Shown: positions 13,929-26,079 of the stretch, piece by piece
How positions within the stretch are numbered: the stretch's first letter is position 1
Layout: each line of letters begins with the position of its first letter
Origin: Gordius albopunctatus
Taxonomy: Eukaryota
Direction: 5' to 3'
DNA: 64,000 bases
Assembly: GCA_964276515.1 (NCBI GenBank)
Contig: OZ193910.1
Location: 8,804,001 to 8,868,000, forward strand
Made by a program: the position numbers and the translations under genes
The notes under the pieces: generated by a model
What the model was told of the DNA's origin: nothing
The model's input: the letters and a program-made list of their open reading frames with translations, nothing else
Database searches by the model: none

Positions 13929-14865
13929 TAGCTGTATAACCTCCTTTATTATATATTTTAAATATGCTATTAAAAATATATATAAACACGCATGCTTAGT
14001 TAAAAGACATGCTTTTATCATATAACTATTACTTATGCAGTTTAATTATATGAAAGCCATAACTTAGTTTATTATATAATCGTATACAAAATATTAACTA
14101 CATACATTTTAATCCAATTCTACACCCACATGTTAGATATTAGAGTTAGTGATTGATTTGTTAATATGTATTTATTTATGAAATATTATTATACATTTTG
14201 ATATAACTTATTTTGTTTTAATTAACAATTATAGTATCCTTTTATTAAGTAGTTTAATTAAATATTATAATTTCACCATTTTATAAATTTTAGTTTTATT
14301 GTCTACCATGGAATGCTTATTAGATAATGCCTATCTTAGATTTTGCACCAGATTCAGGGGCATTACTATGATTTGAATTTTACACGTGACTTTACATTTT
14401 AAGGATTGATTAAGCGCATAATTTTTATTAATTGTAACCTGAGTTAGTAATTTTGTGATAAACCATTTGCGAATTTCATAGTGCGATAGATATCAAAGCA
14501 AATGCTAATCTTGTCCCATCTTAAAGGAAAATGATTTAGTTCTTTTCATTCGACCAATATCTTTTGTTTTATTAATATTATGTGGCTTAGTCTTCGTACA
14601 TATAAATTTTATAATGAAACTACAGAGAGGTTATATTACCATTAATTAGTGGTTAACGTAGCTCATCGCAAGTTTATACACGATTATCATTTACTCTGTT
14701 TTATATATCTCTAAACTACATCTTATCGTTCATTATAATATTATCGCGCATAACAGAAATAATTGTAATATTAATTTATATTATAAATTATTCTAAGTAA
14801 TAAAAAATAATTTTTTATAATGACGCTTGAAACAGTCACCAAAACAATAGATGTGGTTTATACAT

Positions 14866-17800
14866 TTCTTCTTTATCGTGTTGAAAATCCCACAGACGTG
14901 GGGTACGTTTTCAACAGCCTCTTCCATCTGAGTCGTGTGAATGCCATGCCAATTTCCATCTGTTTGACGTCCATATCCTTTTCGACCAGTCGTTTCCAGG
15001 TGGCACGTGGTCTGCCCCGTCCTCTTCTTCCAGGCACGTCCATCTCCAGCGTTCGGCGTGTGACATCGTCTTTGTCTCTTCGTAATACATGGCCGTACCA
15101 CCGCAGTCGATTTTCTCTTAAGAAGTCCTTCGTCGCTTGTATACCCATCTTTGTCATCAAGGATTCGTTCGTCATGCAATCCAGCTTGGTGTAGCCTAAG
15201 CTCCATCGCACCATTCTCATTTCCGTGACTTGCAAGAGTTTCTCCTCCGCGGTGGTTACAGCCCATGTTTCGCTCCCGTACAGCAAGACCGGTCGCACGA
15301 TGGTTTTGTACGCCTTGCTTTTCAACCAAATTGGTATCTTTTTGTCACACATGACACCGGAGATGCTGCGCCACTTGAGCCATGCTTTCTTGATCCGAGA
15401 ATGGACTTCTGCGGTACATCCTCCCTCTTGATGTAATAGCGAGCCAAGATATGTGAACTTATCAATCTCCGTGTACCTTGGACCGTCATTTTTGTGCATT
15501 TGTGGACTACCGCCCATCGTTTGCATGTAAACCGTTTTCTTCTCGCTGACCTTTAACCCGAATTCCAAAAAACGTTCTGACCATTTTTTCGCCTGATGAA
15601 AAACCCCTTCTCTTGTTTCATCGCATAGGACAATATCGTCGGCATATAGCATAGTCCAAGGGGCTGGCTTGTGCAAGTCCTTTGTTATTGTATCCATAAT
15701 TAGATTAAACAAGAATGGGCTTAACGCTGATCCTTGATGTAGTCCGATAATTATTCGGAAGGGTTTTGTTACTCCTACGGTAGTCCTAACAGATGCAACC
15801 GCGCCATTATACATTTCCTTGATAAGTCGAACATATCCTTCGGGTATATTTCTGGCTCTAAGGGACCACCATATTAAGTCTCTCGGAACCGTATCGTAGG
15901 CCTTTTCTAAATAGATGAAGACCATGTGTAATTTCTTTCTTATGTCGCCATATTTTTCCATCTTCTGCTTCAACGCAAAGATTGGGTCCATCGTTGATTT
16001 ACCGGCCACAAATCCAAACTGATTGGGCGAGAGACAAACTTCGTCATTGAGCCTTTTCACTAGCACCCTTTCTAGTAGTTTTAGTGAGTGGCAGGTCAAC
16101 TTGATACCTCTAAAGTTGCCACATTCCTGCGCGTCTCCTTTACCTTTGTATATGGGTATGATCGTACTTTCCCTCCATTGGTCAGGGATACGACTCTCAT
16201 ACAGCATAGCGTTAAATAGGCCTGTCATTATGTCGATTCCTTCTCCTTTGCACCCAAGCCAAGCTTCGATCGGTAGATCATCGGGACCTAGCGCTTTCCC
16301 TTTCCGCATCTTTGTTAGTTGCGCTCCTATATCATAAGCCTGAAATGGTAAAACCAAGTACGAGTTCGGTTCCACCCTCTCTAGCTGTCTTCTATCATTC
16401 GTTTTGTTCATCATATTTTGGAAATAATCTTTCCATCTTTTGATGACTTCCTTCGGTTTGTACAACGTTCGTCCCTCTTCGCTTTTAATGACTTTAAGTG
16501 TCCCGACATCTCGATTTTTTTCTCCCTGATCTTTGCGAGTTTATACATGACTATGTCGCCGCCCTTGGTATCGAGCTTGTTTGCCATCTCGGTGTAAGCC
16601 TCGTTCTTCGCTATCGCGACCGCTATCTTAGCTTTGCGTTTCGCTTCACGATATGCCTCGTAGTCTTCTCCTTTCTTCGTTTTGTACCATCGTAGGTACA
16701 ACACCTTCTTTTCTTCTATAACCTCTTTGACCGAGTCATTCCACCACCATAGTTCACGCTTGTGAGCTCTGCCGCCCTTAGTTCGTCCCAATATTTGAAA
16801 GGCCGTTTCCTTTAGAACATTTGCAACGGTGCCCCACCTTTTGTTAATGTCGCCCTCCAAGCCTGCAACCTTCAAGAGCGGAGTTGCTCGAGCGTGAAAC
16901 ATTTCATTTGCATGATCATCCTTAAGCTTTTCGTACTTTGTCCTTGGTGTGTAGACTTTTCTCCTTACGGGAAAAATCTTTCTTGCTATATCGAGGACAA
17001 CTGGCCGATGTTGTTTGGCGATTTCTTCCCCCGGTATAACCTTGCAATCTTTAACTTGCCACAAATTTTTGCGCTTCACTAATATGTAGTCGACCTGTGT
17101 AAGGTGATCCCCACTACTGTACGTCGCTAAATGTTCGGTACGCTTCTGAAAGAAGGTATTCACAATGGCCATATCGTAAGCTTGCGCCATCTGTAGTAAC
17201 TTCTCTCCCTCTTTATTTTTCACTCCATAGCCATGCCCGCCGTGATTTCGTTCGTACACGCCCCTTTCTTTCCCAACGTGCCCATTAAAGTCTGCTCCGA
17301 TGATGGGATTCTCGTCAGGCTTCACGTAGCGTATTTCTTTTTCGAGCTTCTCATAGAATTCGTCCTTCTCATTTTCGGAACATCCAACCTGGGGCGAATA
17401 GGCACAAATAACATTGACAAGGCCGCCTTGATCCGCCAGCTTTCTGCACATCAATCTATCTGAGCATCGTTTGACTTCGACTACCTTGTCCTTAAAGGAA
17501 TCGCTAAGCACTATACCGACCCCGTTCTTCCGTGATGGGGAACCCGAGTAGTATAGCTTGTAACCATCTCCTATCTCCCTGGCTTTTGTTCCATGCCACC
17601 GCGTTTCTTGTAGACACGCTATGTGTATCCTTCGCCTTTTTAGCATCTGCGCAACCTCGATGCTCTTCCCCGTCAGCGTGCCCACATTCCAGCTAGCCAC
17701 TCTTGTCCGTTCGACAACTAGGTTCCTTAATCGCCTTCGTTGTGAGTGAGGCGGTGACCCTTGTATACTTTTCACATTGCACGGGCGGATGATGTAATGC

Positions 17801-17950
17801 GCGTCGTTTGGGGAGGACGCCCTAGCATTCTGGTATAAGTTCGTATTTGTAGCTGCCATGGTGTTTGGAGTTGCTTTTTACAGCCGGCTTCCGACCTGAC
17901 GCCAACCCTCCACTTTTTTCACACGGACTTGGGACCGTCGTTGGTAGTGT
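14866..17950 (-). mobile_element. Full-length RTE-clade non-LTR retrotransposon (APE + RT), disabled
   Basis: TSD TAGATGTGGTTTATACAT at 14848-14865 and 17951-17968. APE motifs SWNVGTL, LQETRW, GADFNGHVG, DYIL; RT motifs GLHQGSALSP, YADD, FTYLGS; short AGAAGAA tail. One frameshift at the A7 run (16515-16521); FIYLEKAYD where FIDLEKAYD is expected. Confidence 0.97.
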
Positions 17951-17952
17951 TA
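17906..17952 (-). ncRNA. Twister self-cleaving ribozyme core at the RTE 5' end
   Basis: Minus strand reads U^AA CACU AC CAACG ACGG UCCCAAGU CCGU GUGAAAAA AGUG GAGGG: P2 CACU/AGUG, P4 ACGG/CCGU, T1 CCC/GGG, T2 AC/GU. It matches the P1-type twister consensus with compensatory changes. Confidence 0.85.
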
Positions 17953-18096
17953 GATGTGGTTTATACATATGTGGAAGAAATCAACAAATCTTTTTATGAA
18001 ACAGTGTAGCACAATAGAATGTAATTTAACATGGATAATTATAAAATAAAGGCATAACTAAATTAGAAATTGATAATAAATAATTTTCTTGGCTCC

Positions 18097-20505
18097 TATA
18101 GTGACGGAAGTCAATGACGTCCAATATTACTTCTGGGAAACTTAATTCTATTTCCCAGAAAATAATCGATCTTCATGGAAACTGAAGTGACGGAAGTCAA
18201 TTACGTCAATAAATACTACTTTTGGGAAACTTAATTCTATTTCCCAGAAAATAATCGATCTTCATGGAAACTCATCGATTAGTTTAGATCTTCCAAGAAT
18301 ATTATCGATTTTTCAATAATAATGATTATGTATTTTCCCAAAGATATATAAAGGCGATCAGTAGTGTAATTATGATTATCACCCCAGTTGTATATTTCTC
18401 TCCGGTTAATAAAATCTAATGACACTTAGCAGTACAAGGTTATCAAATAAACTCAATTTACACACATGTAAATGAATAACAACAAGTTATTAAAATTGTG
18501 ACCCTGGAATAACTCGCAAAATAATATTTTTCCCCTTCTTAACCTCCTCCCTCGAAATTCGTTAAATCAATTAAATGAAAATAAAATACATGCTGTCTCT
18601 CACCCCGACCCTCCATTTCGGACAACAATATACCACCTGTGGAAACTATAAAACAGGAATCATCAGTATACATAAAACTTCTTGAATTCCACTCGAGGAA
18701 TATTCAAATATGGATAGCCCAAATAGACGCTATTTTTACAACAAGAGGGATAATTTCCCAAAGAGTAAAGTATGCGTATTTATTGGAATCCCTCTCCGCG
18801 GATGTGGCCGAAGAAGTGGCTGATCTTATTCTCAACATCCCTATCGAGAACCCCTACGATGTACTAAAACAGGCTTTGATCAAAAGAATCGGGCAAAGCG
18901 AGACAATTAAAATATAAAATTTATTTAAAGAAATTTCGCTTGGCGACAAATCACCTTCGCAATTACTGCGTCGTCTAAAATCCCTTTTAGTAGACAATCA
19001 AATGAGGGACAAAATTTTAAGAAATTTATGGACAAATAAATTACGGAAAGAAATTACAAGTATTTTAACATAGATGGGAGACGATAAACCGTTGGCTAGT
19101 TTGGCGGAAATCGCAGATAGAATTCACGAATCATCATTCCATTTTACAGAATCTTCAATAGAAAAACCTACAAGTGATCATAAAACTATACAAGGTTTAA
19201 CCCAACAGATAAATAATTTGGAATTAAAGATTAACAAAAAGAACAATTCACGGGGAAGAGGACAACAACGAGACAAGTACTGCTATTATCATTTTAGTAC
19301 AAGGCGTGGAAATGCATAAAGCCTTGTGCCTATGATAACCAACCTGAAAAAAACTCGTAGGCCGAATAGTTCGGGCGACGGCTACCTCTGGCATATCATC
19401 AACTAGTCGTATATTTTATATTATGGATCGGTCAACAAATCGAAAATTTTTAATCGATACCGGAGCCGAGGTTAGTATAATTACACCACCTACACATTTT
19501 CCTAAAATTCCAAACGTTCCAACGTTGCAAGCGTCTAATGAAAGCAATATTGTAACTTACGGACAAAAGTTGCTAAATTTGGACTTAGGTTTGAGACGCG
19601 AACTTCAATGGATATTTCTAGTCGCTGATGTTCACACACCTATTATCGGGGCGGACTTTTTACACAGGTACAATATAATTGTGGATATAAACAAAAAGTT
19701 GATTGATGGAACGACTCAACTAACGTCAAGAGGACAACCATCCCCCCATCATACATCAGGAATTCGTGTAGGATATATACAACCTCATTCCGATTTCGAT
19801 CTGTATAGCACAGGCTGATTTCAGTTGCTAATTACCCAACCACCACATACGCCATCATATCTCAACAAAGGGACTGGCACGACATTCAAGGCCGAGTCGT
19901 TTGGCAGCGGACAAGCTGGAAGCAGCCAAAAAAGAATTTGAATTCATGCTCGAGTTAAGAAAATTGTTCATTAAGAAAATTGATCATTTCCTCATGCCCA
20001 TATTCAACATCAACACACCTACACAGCCCTCGTTAATCAGCATGGACAAACAATGCCGGCGATACCATGCAAACACATGCTATTATTAGCATTTCCCCAT
20101 CACTGATCGATTCAGCTGATGGTACTAACATATCGGATAGCAAAGCAACTACCAAACATCATTCACGCCTCAATTACCACACGCAAACAATACTTTTATT
20201 TATTTTATACCTTTATTTTTTGCCTTCTATGCAAATAGGAGGGGGGTAATATGGTATTACCTAATCAGAATAGTGGTACCTTTATGATTTGGATATCACT
20301 TTGTTCACATTCCTTCTTACTATATTTGAATACACATTATTCATACTCCTTATTCTATTCACAATCATTATAATTTGAATAGCCCCAACTACCTTACGAG
20401 TTATTTATATTAACCTCTTTACAATGGTATATAAGCTAATGCTTAACAATAGAGAGATGATCTTTGGTTTTATACAAATAAAATAGGCTTAAACCCCTAC
20501 ACATA
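18097..20505 (+). mobile_element. Internally deleted Ty3/Gypsy LTR retrotransposon (CsRN1-like gag, protease)
   Basis: LTR-like block about 18097-18484 ending AACA; degenerate PBS TTGTGACCC; gag IKLLEFH..IWIAQIDAIF..NPYDVLKQALI; protease FLIDTGAEVS..IIGADFL; RT start; polypurine tract AGGAGGGGGG at about 20238 followed by an LTR-like block. Confidence 0.8.
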
Positions 20506-20694
20506 TTATACCATCTGGCTAGAGCATTTCATCGCGTGAAAGTTTTCAAGTGACCTTGCTCATCTTCTAAATGAGATTTCGATTCATATATTGCTATAAT
20601 TTAATTTAAAAATACATTACGCTTAACAAAAATATGTGGCAACATTAAAAGAATATATTGGGTCTAATATCCGTACAAGATCTATAGTTAGTCT

Positions 20695-21124
20695 ATGACA
20701 AGATCACATTTTAAAGCGCATCCTTGCGTGCGAGAATGTAACCTAACGCATAAGTTAGATACTATGATTGCTTATAAGGTAAAAGGGCTTTCTCATATTG
20801 GGTATTTTCTTTTCTTAGCTCATTAATAATATTTATTAGAAAGTTTAAAGTTTATAAGCCAATTTTAAAAAGCGACATTATTAAGCAATGGCAACGTTTG
20901 GACAGGGAAATGGAAACTATGAAATACCTATCCTCTCCTTACATTACAGAAGTAACATTTATTTGTAACTAATATATTTTTAGAGTCAAGAAACTGTGCA
21001 TAATTCTGTCAAATCTAATATTAAATATCTTGTTAATAAAGAAAAATCTTTCATCAAATTCAAAAGAGATAAATTTTACATAAATCAGCTCAATAATCTT
21101 TATGCTTATAAAATGTGGGAATAA
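20695..21124 (+). CDS. MRPL57: Mitochondrial ribosomal protein mL63 (MRP63)
   Basis: Exons 20695-20801, 20840-20951 and 20984-21124 give ..VKGLSHIG|KFKVYKP..RLDREMETMKYLSSPYITE|SQETVH..KFKRDKFYINQLNNLYAYKMWE*. This parallels the mL63 pattern PGxxxIGK..LSxPYMTxEQE..QLDHLxxxKKW. The start codon is uncertain. Confidence 0.75.
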
Positions 21125-23558
21125 AAATTTATTTTTTTCCTCTTGGTTATTTAAATATTTATATCCAATTCTAAAAAATATTTCACTCCCAAAAAAGAAT
21201 GTACCTAATGCATATTTTGCCACTTTAATAAACTATTTCATATACCCACTTTCATTATATTCTCTTTAAATTAAAAGAATTTGTTAAAATTGGTGAAAGT
21301 AACATATTTTAGTCACAATATTTCTTAAACTTTTGAAATAATTTTACTTCTTAAAATGTTATATGGAAATGTGAATCTTTGTGATGTTTTGAGTGTTTCA
21401 CCCCTTAATATGTGGTGGCTTTATTTGCTATCTTATTCACAATACTTTTTCCACATAACATGACCTCATCCTCTGCCTGGCTCTTGCATATTTAATAGCT
21501 TATGATTTACATCATATCTCTTCTGAGTATATGTCCATACCACATTAGTAAATTTTCTTTTATCATGTTTATACATTGTTAAAATACCCATTGACAAATT
21601 TTTATACACCTTCTAAAATAATATCCCGTTCTCATTATATATCTAAATTCAATCATGAATACTAGGCAAACTGATTGACAATATGGTTTGGCTAAAACCA
21701 TAAATAATTTTTTCACAAATTGTTATAAGAAAATAAGTTATACAGGTTTTGAATCAAAATAATTTTTATGGTGTGGAAAATGATATTAATTATTCCTTAT
21801 ATATGTTTTTTAATATCAGAATAATAACTATTTAAATTAGAGATCAGCACTGATGGGCTATGGAAAAAAATAATAGGTAAATAATTCTCTAAATTGTCCT
21901 GATTTTTATTAAATTTGATTGATCACATAGGGACTTTAAAAAAAATGTAAATTTTATTTCTAAATATGTATTCTTAGTATTTTAAACAAACAATTTATAA
22001 TGACAAAATATAATCAAATGGCCTTAATTTATATAAGAAAATGGGAATTGTGCTTATATTTGTTAATTTTTATTTAGGTATATTCTTACCTGTCCTTTTC
22101 ATTTATATAAATTTTAACCAGTTACTCATATTATTTATTTCCTAGTGACTATCTTTCACATAACTTATTAAAGTAGCTTTACTAATTTAAAATAAAATGG
22201 ATAACATTTTAAATATTTAATAATGGAATTCAAAATTAATGTATGGATTGCTAACTAATTAAAAAATCTGTGATAAAAGTTAATTTGTAGATTCTGATTG
22301 TAATTGTCAGGCTAGGAATATTGGAGAATTCTGACAGAATGATAATTTAAAATACCGAATAAAATTATTTATTTAAATGTCTGTGAGTAATATTTACGTG
22401 TTCTTAGAGAGGTCAGGAATCCAATTTGGGATAGAAACTAATGATGATTATTTTAAAAAATCGGGGGAATATTTAAAGGGGGGAGGGGAATCCCCTGCCT
22501 ATTTCTTTGGATAGAACCAACGCCATTTTTCCAACTGGGATAAAAATACTAGACTCCGAGAAGGCCTTGTATTTTTTAAGCTTTTAGATTGCAGGGAGCA
22601 AACAAGACGATGCATCTGATGCCCCATTTTAAAAGGAAACACTTAATCTAATAGACCTGTGAGGAGTCATGAAGCATTCGACCTTCATGGGAAGGATCTG
22701 ACGTTTCAAGTTATGATGAAATTTGGTCTTTTATAAGCACTGACTGGATGATGGCATTGATTTTAGAGTGTTGTCCCAAGTGTCTAAGTTATTTCAACCT
22801 GCAGTGTCACGGGTGGTGTGGTTCATCATCAGCTGGCAGGTTGCAATTCCTACAAGCATATGCTTTGGTGTATTTGATTCCATATGCAATTCTCTAATAT
22901 AGGGGCATTTCCAGAAATTAAAATTACACTTAGAAAGAAAGGGTGCCCAACTATAGACATGTGGATTAGACCTGCACCGCCGCGCTTTAGGCTTAAAAAA
23001 ATTCTCTAACGGGCTCGGGCCGGGCCTAGTTTAAACTGAGCCCCGCTAAAAGCCCGTTGCAAAATAGCTTAATTTTTTATTATACTAGAAATATAAAGTA
23101 AAAACAAAGATGTTTTAAACTTTTTTTTATTGATTTTTGTCTAATTGACAATGAAAATACATTTGAATTTCCTCCTTTATTCATTCATTTATAAAAGTAC
23201 CGCGCAACTCAAATTTCAAATAGATAAGTTTTCATTAGCTACTATATACAGGATTAAACTACATTATCCTTCTAGTCACAAACTTGAAAATTCACCGAAT
23301 GTATTGAACATGTGAAATTGAAGAGATTTTAACAAAAAGGAATGAAACCTTAATGTTGGTTAATATAAGCAAACCTTTGCTAAAATCCACTATTGAGGCC
23401 ATTTAAAGAAGCAAGCACACAATTAAAGGCGGACTCAAAATCTACTCTGGTATTTTTATGGAAATTAAAATTAATTAATATGATGGAAAATGATGGATTT
23501 TAGGACAATCAAATTAGAAATATCAAAAATAAAATTAAAGAATTGATTAATAAAAAAT

Positions 23559-24580
23559 AACTCGGGCCTTCAGGCCTCGTGGTAAGGGGGAGGGGTCAAT
23601 GGGAGTAGGGGAAGGGAAGGGGGAACTCTTCTATACTCCGTATAAAAGTAGCATATTTGCTATGCAATTTATGGGCGGGAAAGGTGGGAAGGGGCGTGAA
23701 TGCCTCTAGGGGGTATAAAATGCAAAATAATTAGTTAATTATTTATACAAATATTTAAAAAGTTAAATTTTTGTAAAATCTGCTATAAAAAACTTATTAA
23801 TACTTTATTAAATGATAGGTTTTCATTCATTCTTATTTATCAACTTCTAAAATAATCAAAATGACGAAAAGAACTCAAATAGAGTGTACGACCTTGTAAA
23901 AGCCAATACTCATCCTTCCAAAACGTTAACTCTTAATTTAGAATTTTTTTAAATACTATATAAATTTAAACAATTTGGTGTAGGCGACCCATAATTTGAA
24001 TTATGACTATAGACTCTATTCAAATCATGCGCATATGTATAGTATAAACAAGATATTAAAAAAAAACATAAAAAATTTCCAATCAGACCTTGGCCATTGG
24101 TCATTTTTTCCCTTACTTTGGCCAGTGGTCATTTTTTCTAATGGTTAGCAGACAGCCAAATAACTAGCCTATAATTCCAATTTAGAAAAAAAAATCAATT
24201 TTAATCTCACTTTGACGAGTGGTCATTTTTCCCATTGGTCAGTAACCCGCAGACTGCCAAATACTGGCCAATAATTATAAACTAGAGAAAAAAATTGATC
24301 TTAATCTCACTTTGGCCAGTGGTCATTTTTTATTGGTCAGGACTCAGGAGCCAGCAAACGGCCAAATAGCCTATATTTAAAATATAGACAAAAAATTGCT
24401 ACACTTTGGCCAATGGTCATTTTTTTCATTGGTCAGTAGTCAGGACACGGTCAAAAAGAATATAAATACATGAGACGAAAAAAATATCGATTCACAATTT
24501 GGCCAATAGTCATTTTATTCATTGGTCATCAGCCAGCGGACGGCCAAAAAGTCATATTATCAATGGTATTAACAAGAACC
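23559..24580 (-). mobile_element. DINE-1/HINE-like element, 3' part with degenerate central repeats
   Basis: Hairpin variant ACTCGGGCCTTCAGGCCTCGT, sub-TIR TTGCTATGCAATTTATGG (about 23657) and older TGGCCA(A/G)TGGTCATTTT monomers at 24085-24580. Confidence 0.7.
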
Positions 24581-25069
24581 AGATTTGTTTGGAATTTTAT
24601 GCCCGAACCCGGCCCTAGTCAATTTTTTGATCTCATTGCCCACCCGAGCCCGTTCGAACCCTTCTAGGTGTCCGTCGAAATATACGAGCTGCCCAAAATA
24701 CCCGACCCGAAATATTAAATTTGCGTGTTAGGCCCGAAATTTTGCGATCTCAAATTTATTCAACCACCATTAAGAAATAATCATTAAAATAATGGCATAT
24801 TGGATAAAACAAGTCCATTAAAATCTTTATGAGCAATTTTTTAATTAAGTTTAAAGTGTACATATTTTATAAATAATCTTACAATAAACAAAATTATACT
24901 CCCCTTTTGGGTTAACCCGTTTAAGCCCCTAGCATATAAATAAACTTCTTAATGGATAAAATTAGTCGATCTGTACTCTTAGAACTTACTTTTCTGATAA
25001 AAAAAACAATATTTATCAATAGAATTCATACGTGATTCATGGAATTTTTTTTAATTTAAAGCAAAAAAG

Positions 25070-25820
25070 GAAAAGTATAGAAATTTTTATTAAATTAGTT
25101 CCTTTTTTCTCAATTTATCGCAAAAGGAACTACTTACAAGTTCCTTTTGCCAATTTCAATTTGCATTAAAATTTTTTAAATTAAAAAGAAAATCTGTCGG
25201 CGGCTATTCTCCACACTGCTTTTAAAATAGATTGGAATTGGATGCACAAAGAATGCGCTGCGAACATGAAAGCAAATATTTTAGAGGGTATCAATTTGTT
25301 TGTTCCTAAATCTCAACAGTCTGGACCTAGTTTATCAGAAATGGATTTTTTTGAATTGAAAATGATGAAAAGAATGAATCAATTGAAAGTTTTTTGCTTT
25401 CTAATAACCGAAATTTAAGTCTTTTAGAGAGCTTTCCCGATTAAAAAAACTATTTATTAAATATAATACGCCATTGCCATCAAGTGCCCCTGTGGAAAGA
25501 TTATTTAGCTTGGGCAAAATTTTATTTGACGACAAGCGAACATGTCTTTTAGATGACAACTTTGATAATAATATTTTGTTTAAATCAAATAAACATTTAT
25601 TACCTGATGATTTTTATAAATTGTAATATATAATATATTGGTTTTATGGATTAATAAAAGATGTTTGTACATTTAAAAAAAATTAAAAAAAGGAACTTCA
25701 AAAGGAACTGGAACTAGTTCCTTTTTAAAATGAGGAACTAGGAACTGGAATTAGTTCCATTTTAGGCAAAGGATCTGGAACTTGACAAGTTCCTTTTTAA
25801 AAGGAAATTTTAACAGCTCT
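25070..25820 (+). mobile_element. Decayed hAT transposon (dimerisation domain and right end)
   Basis: About 25430-25590 translates KKLFIKYNTPLPSSAPVERLFSLG..KR..LLDDNF (hAT C-terminal dimerisation motif); GGAACT/AGTTCC subterminal motifs; terminus TTAACAGCTCTA. Confidence 0.75.
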
Positions 25821-26079
25821 ATATAATATCAATTCATTTTTAAATAATAAATATGAATTATAACATTGTTTTATTACAAAGGCATTTTTCTTATATTTTT
25901 GGCACGCGGCTCAATCAGTTTGGTCTTAATAATGTCCATTAACTAGTTAATTTTTAAATGGGAGCAGGCAAAATACAAATTATTATTTATATAGAAAAAT
26001 TTTCTTAAGGGAGGGGGGCCTGGGCGTAGCCAGCATTGGAATTAGAGGGGGGCAAAAATCATTTAGGGAGGGGCAAAAT

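Larger units (their letters stand above)
10466..14355 (+). mobile_element. Mutator-like DNA transposon (FLYWCH-MULE), apparently full length
   Basis: 8-bp TSD AGGGGCAT at 10458-10465 and 14356-14363; imperfect TIRs sharing TGCAAAATCTAA / TTAGATTTTGCA; short subterminal repeats at the left end; encodes a MULE transposase. Confidence 0.85.

Noticed and set aside
21400..21620. Possible minus-strand exon downstream of MRPL57
   Set aside because: Best explained as a very old RTE 3' remnant (..MQEPGRG*..WKK). The ORF at 20969-21223 is antisense to MRPL57.
22710..22790. Possible box C/D snoRNA (ATGATGA..CTGA..ATGATG)
   Set aside because: The terminal D box reads CTAA, there is no terminal stem, and no guide target is recognisable.
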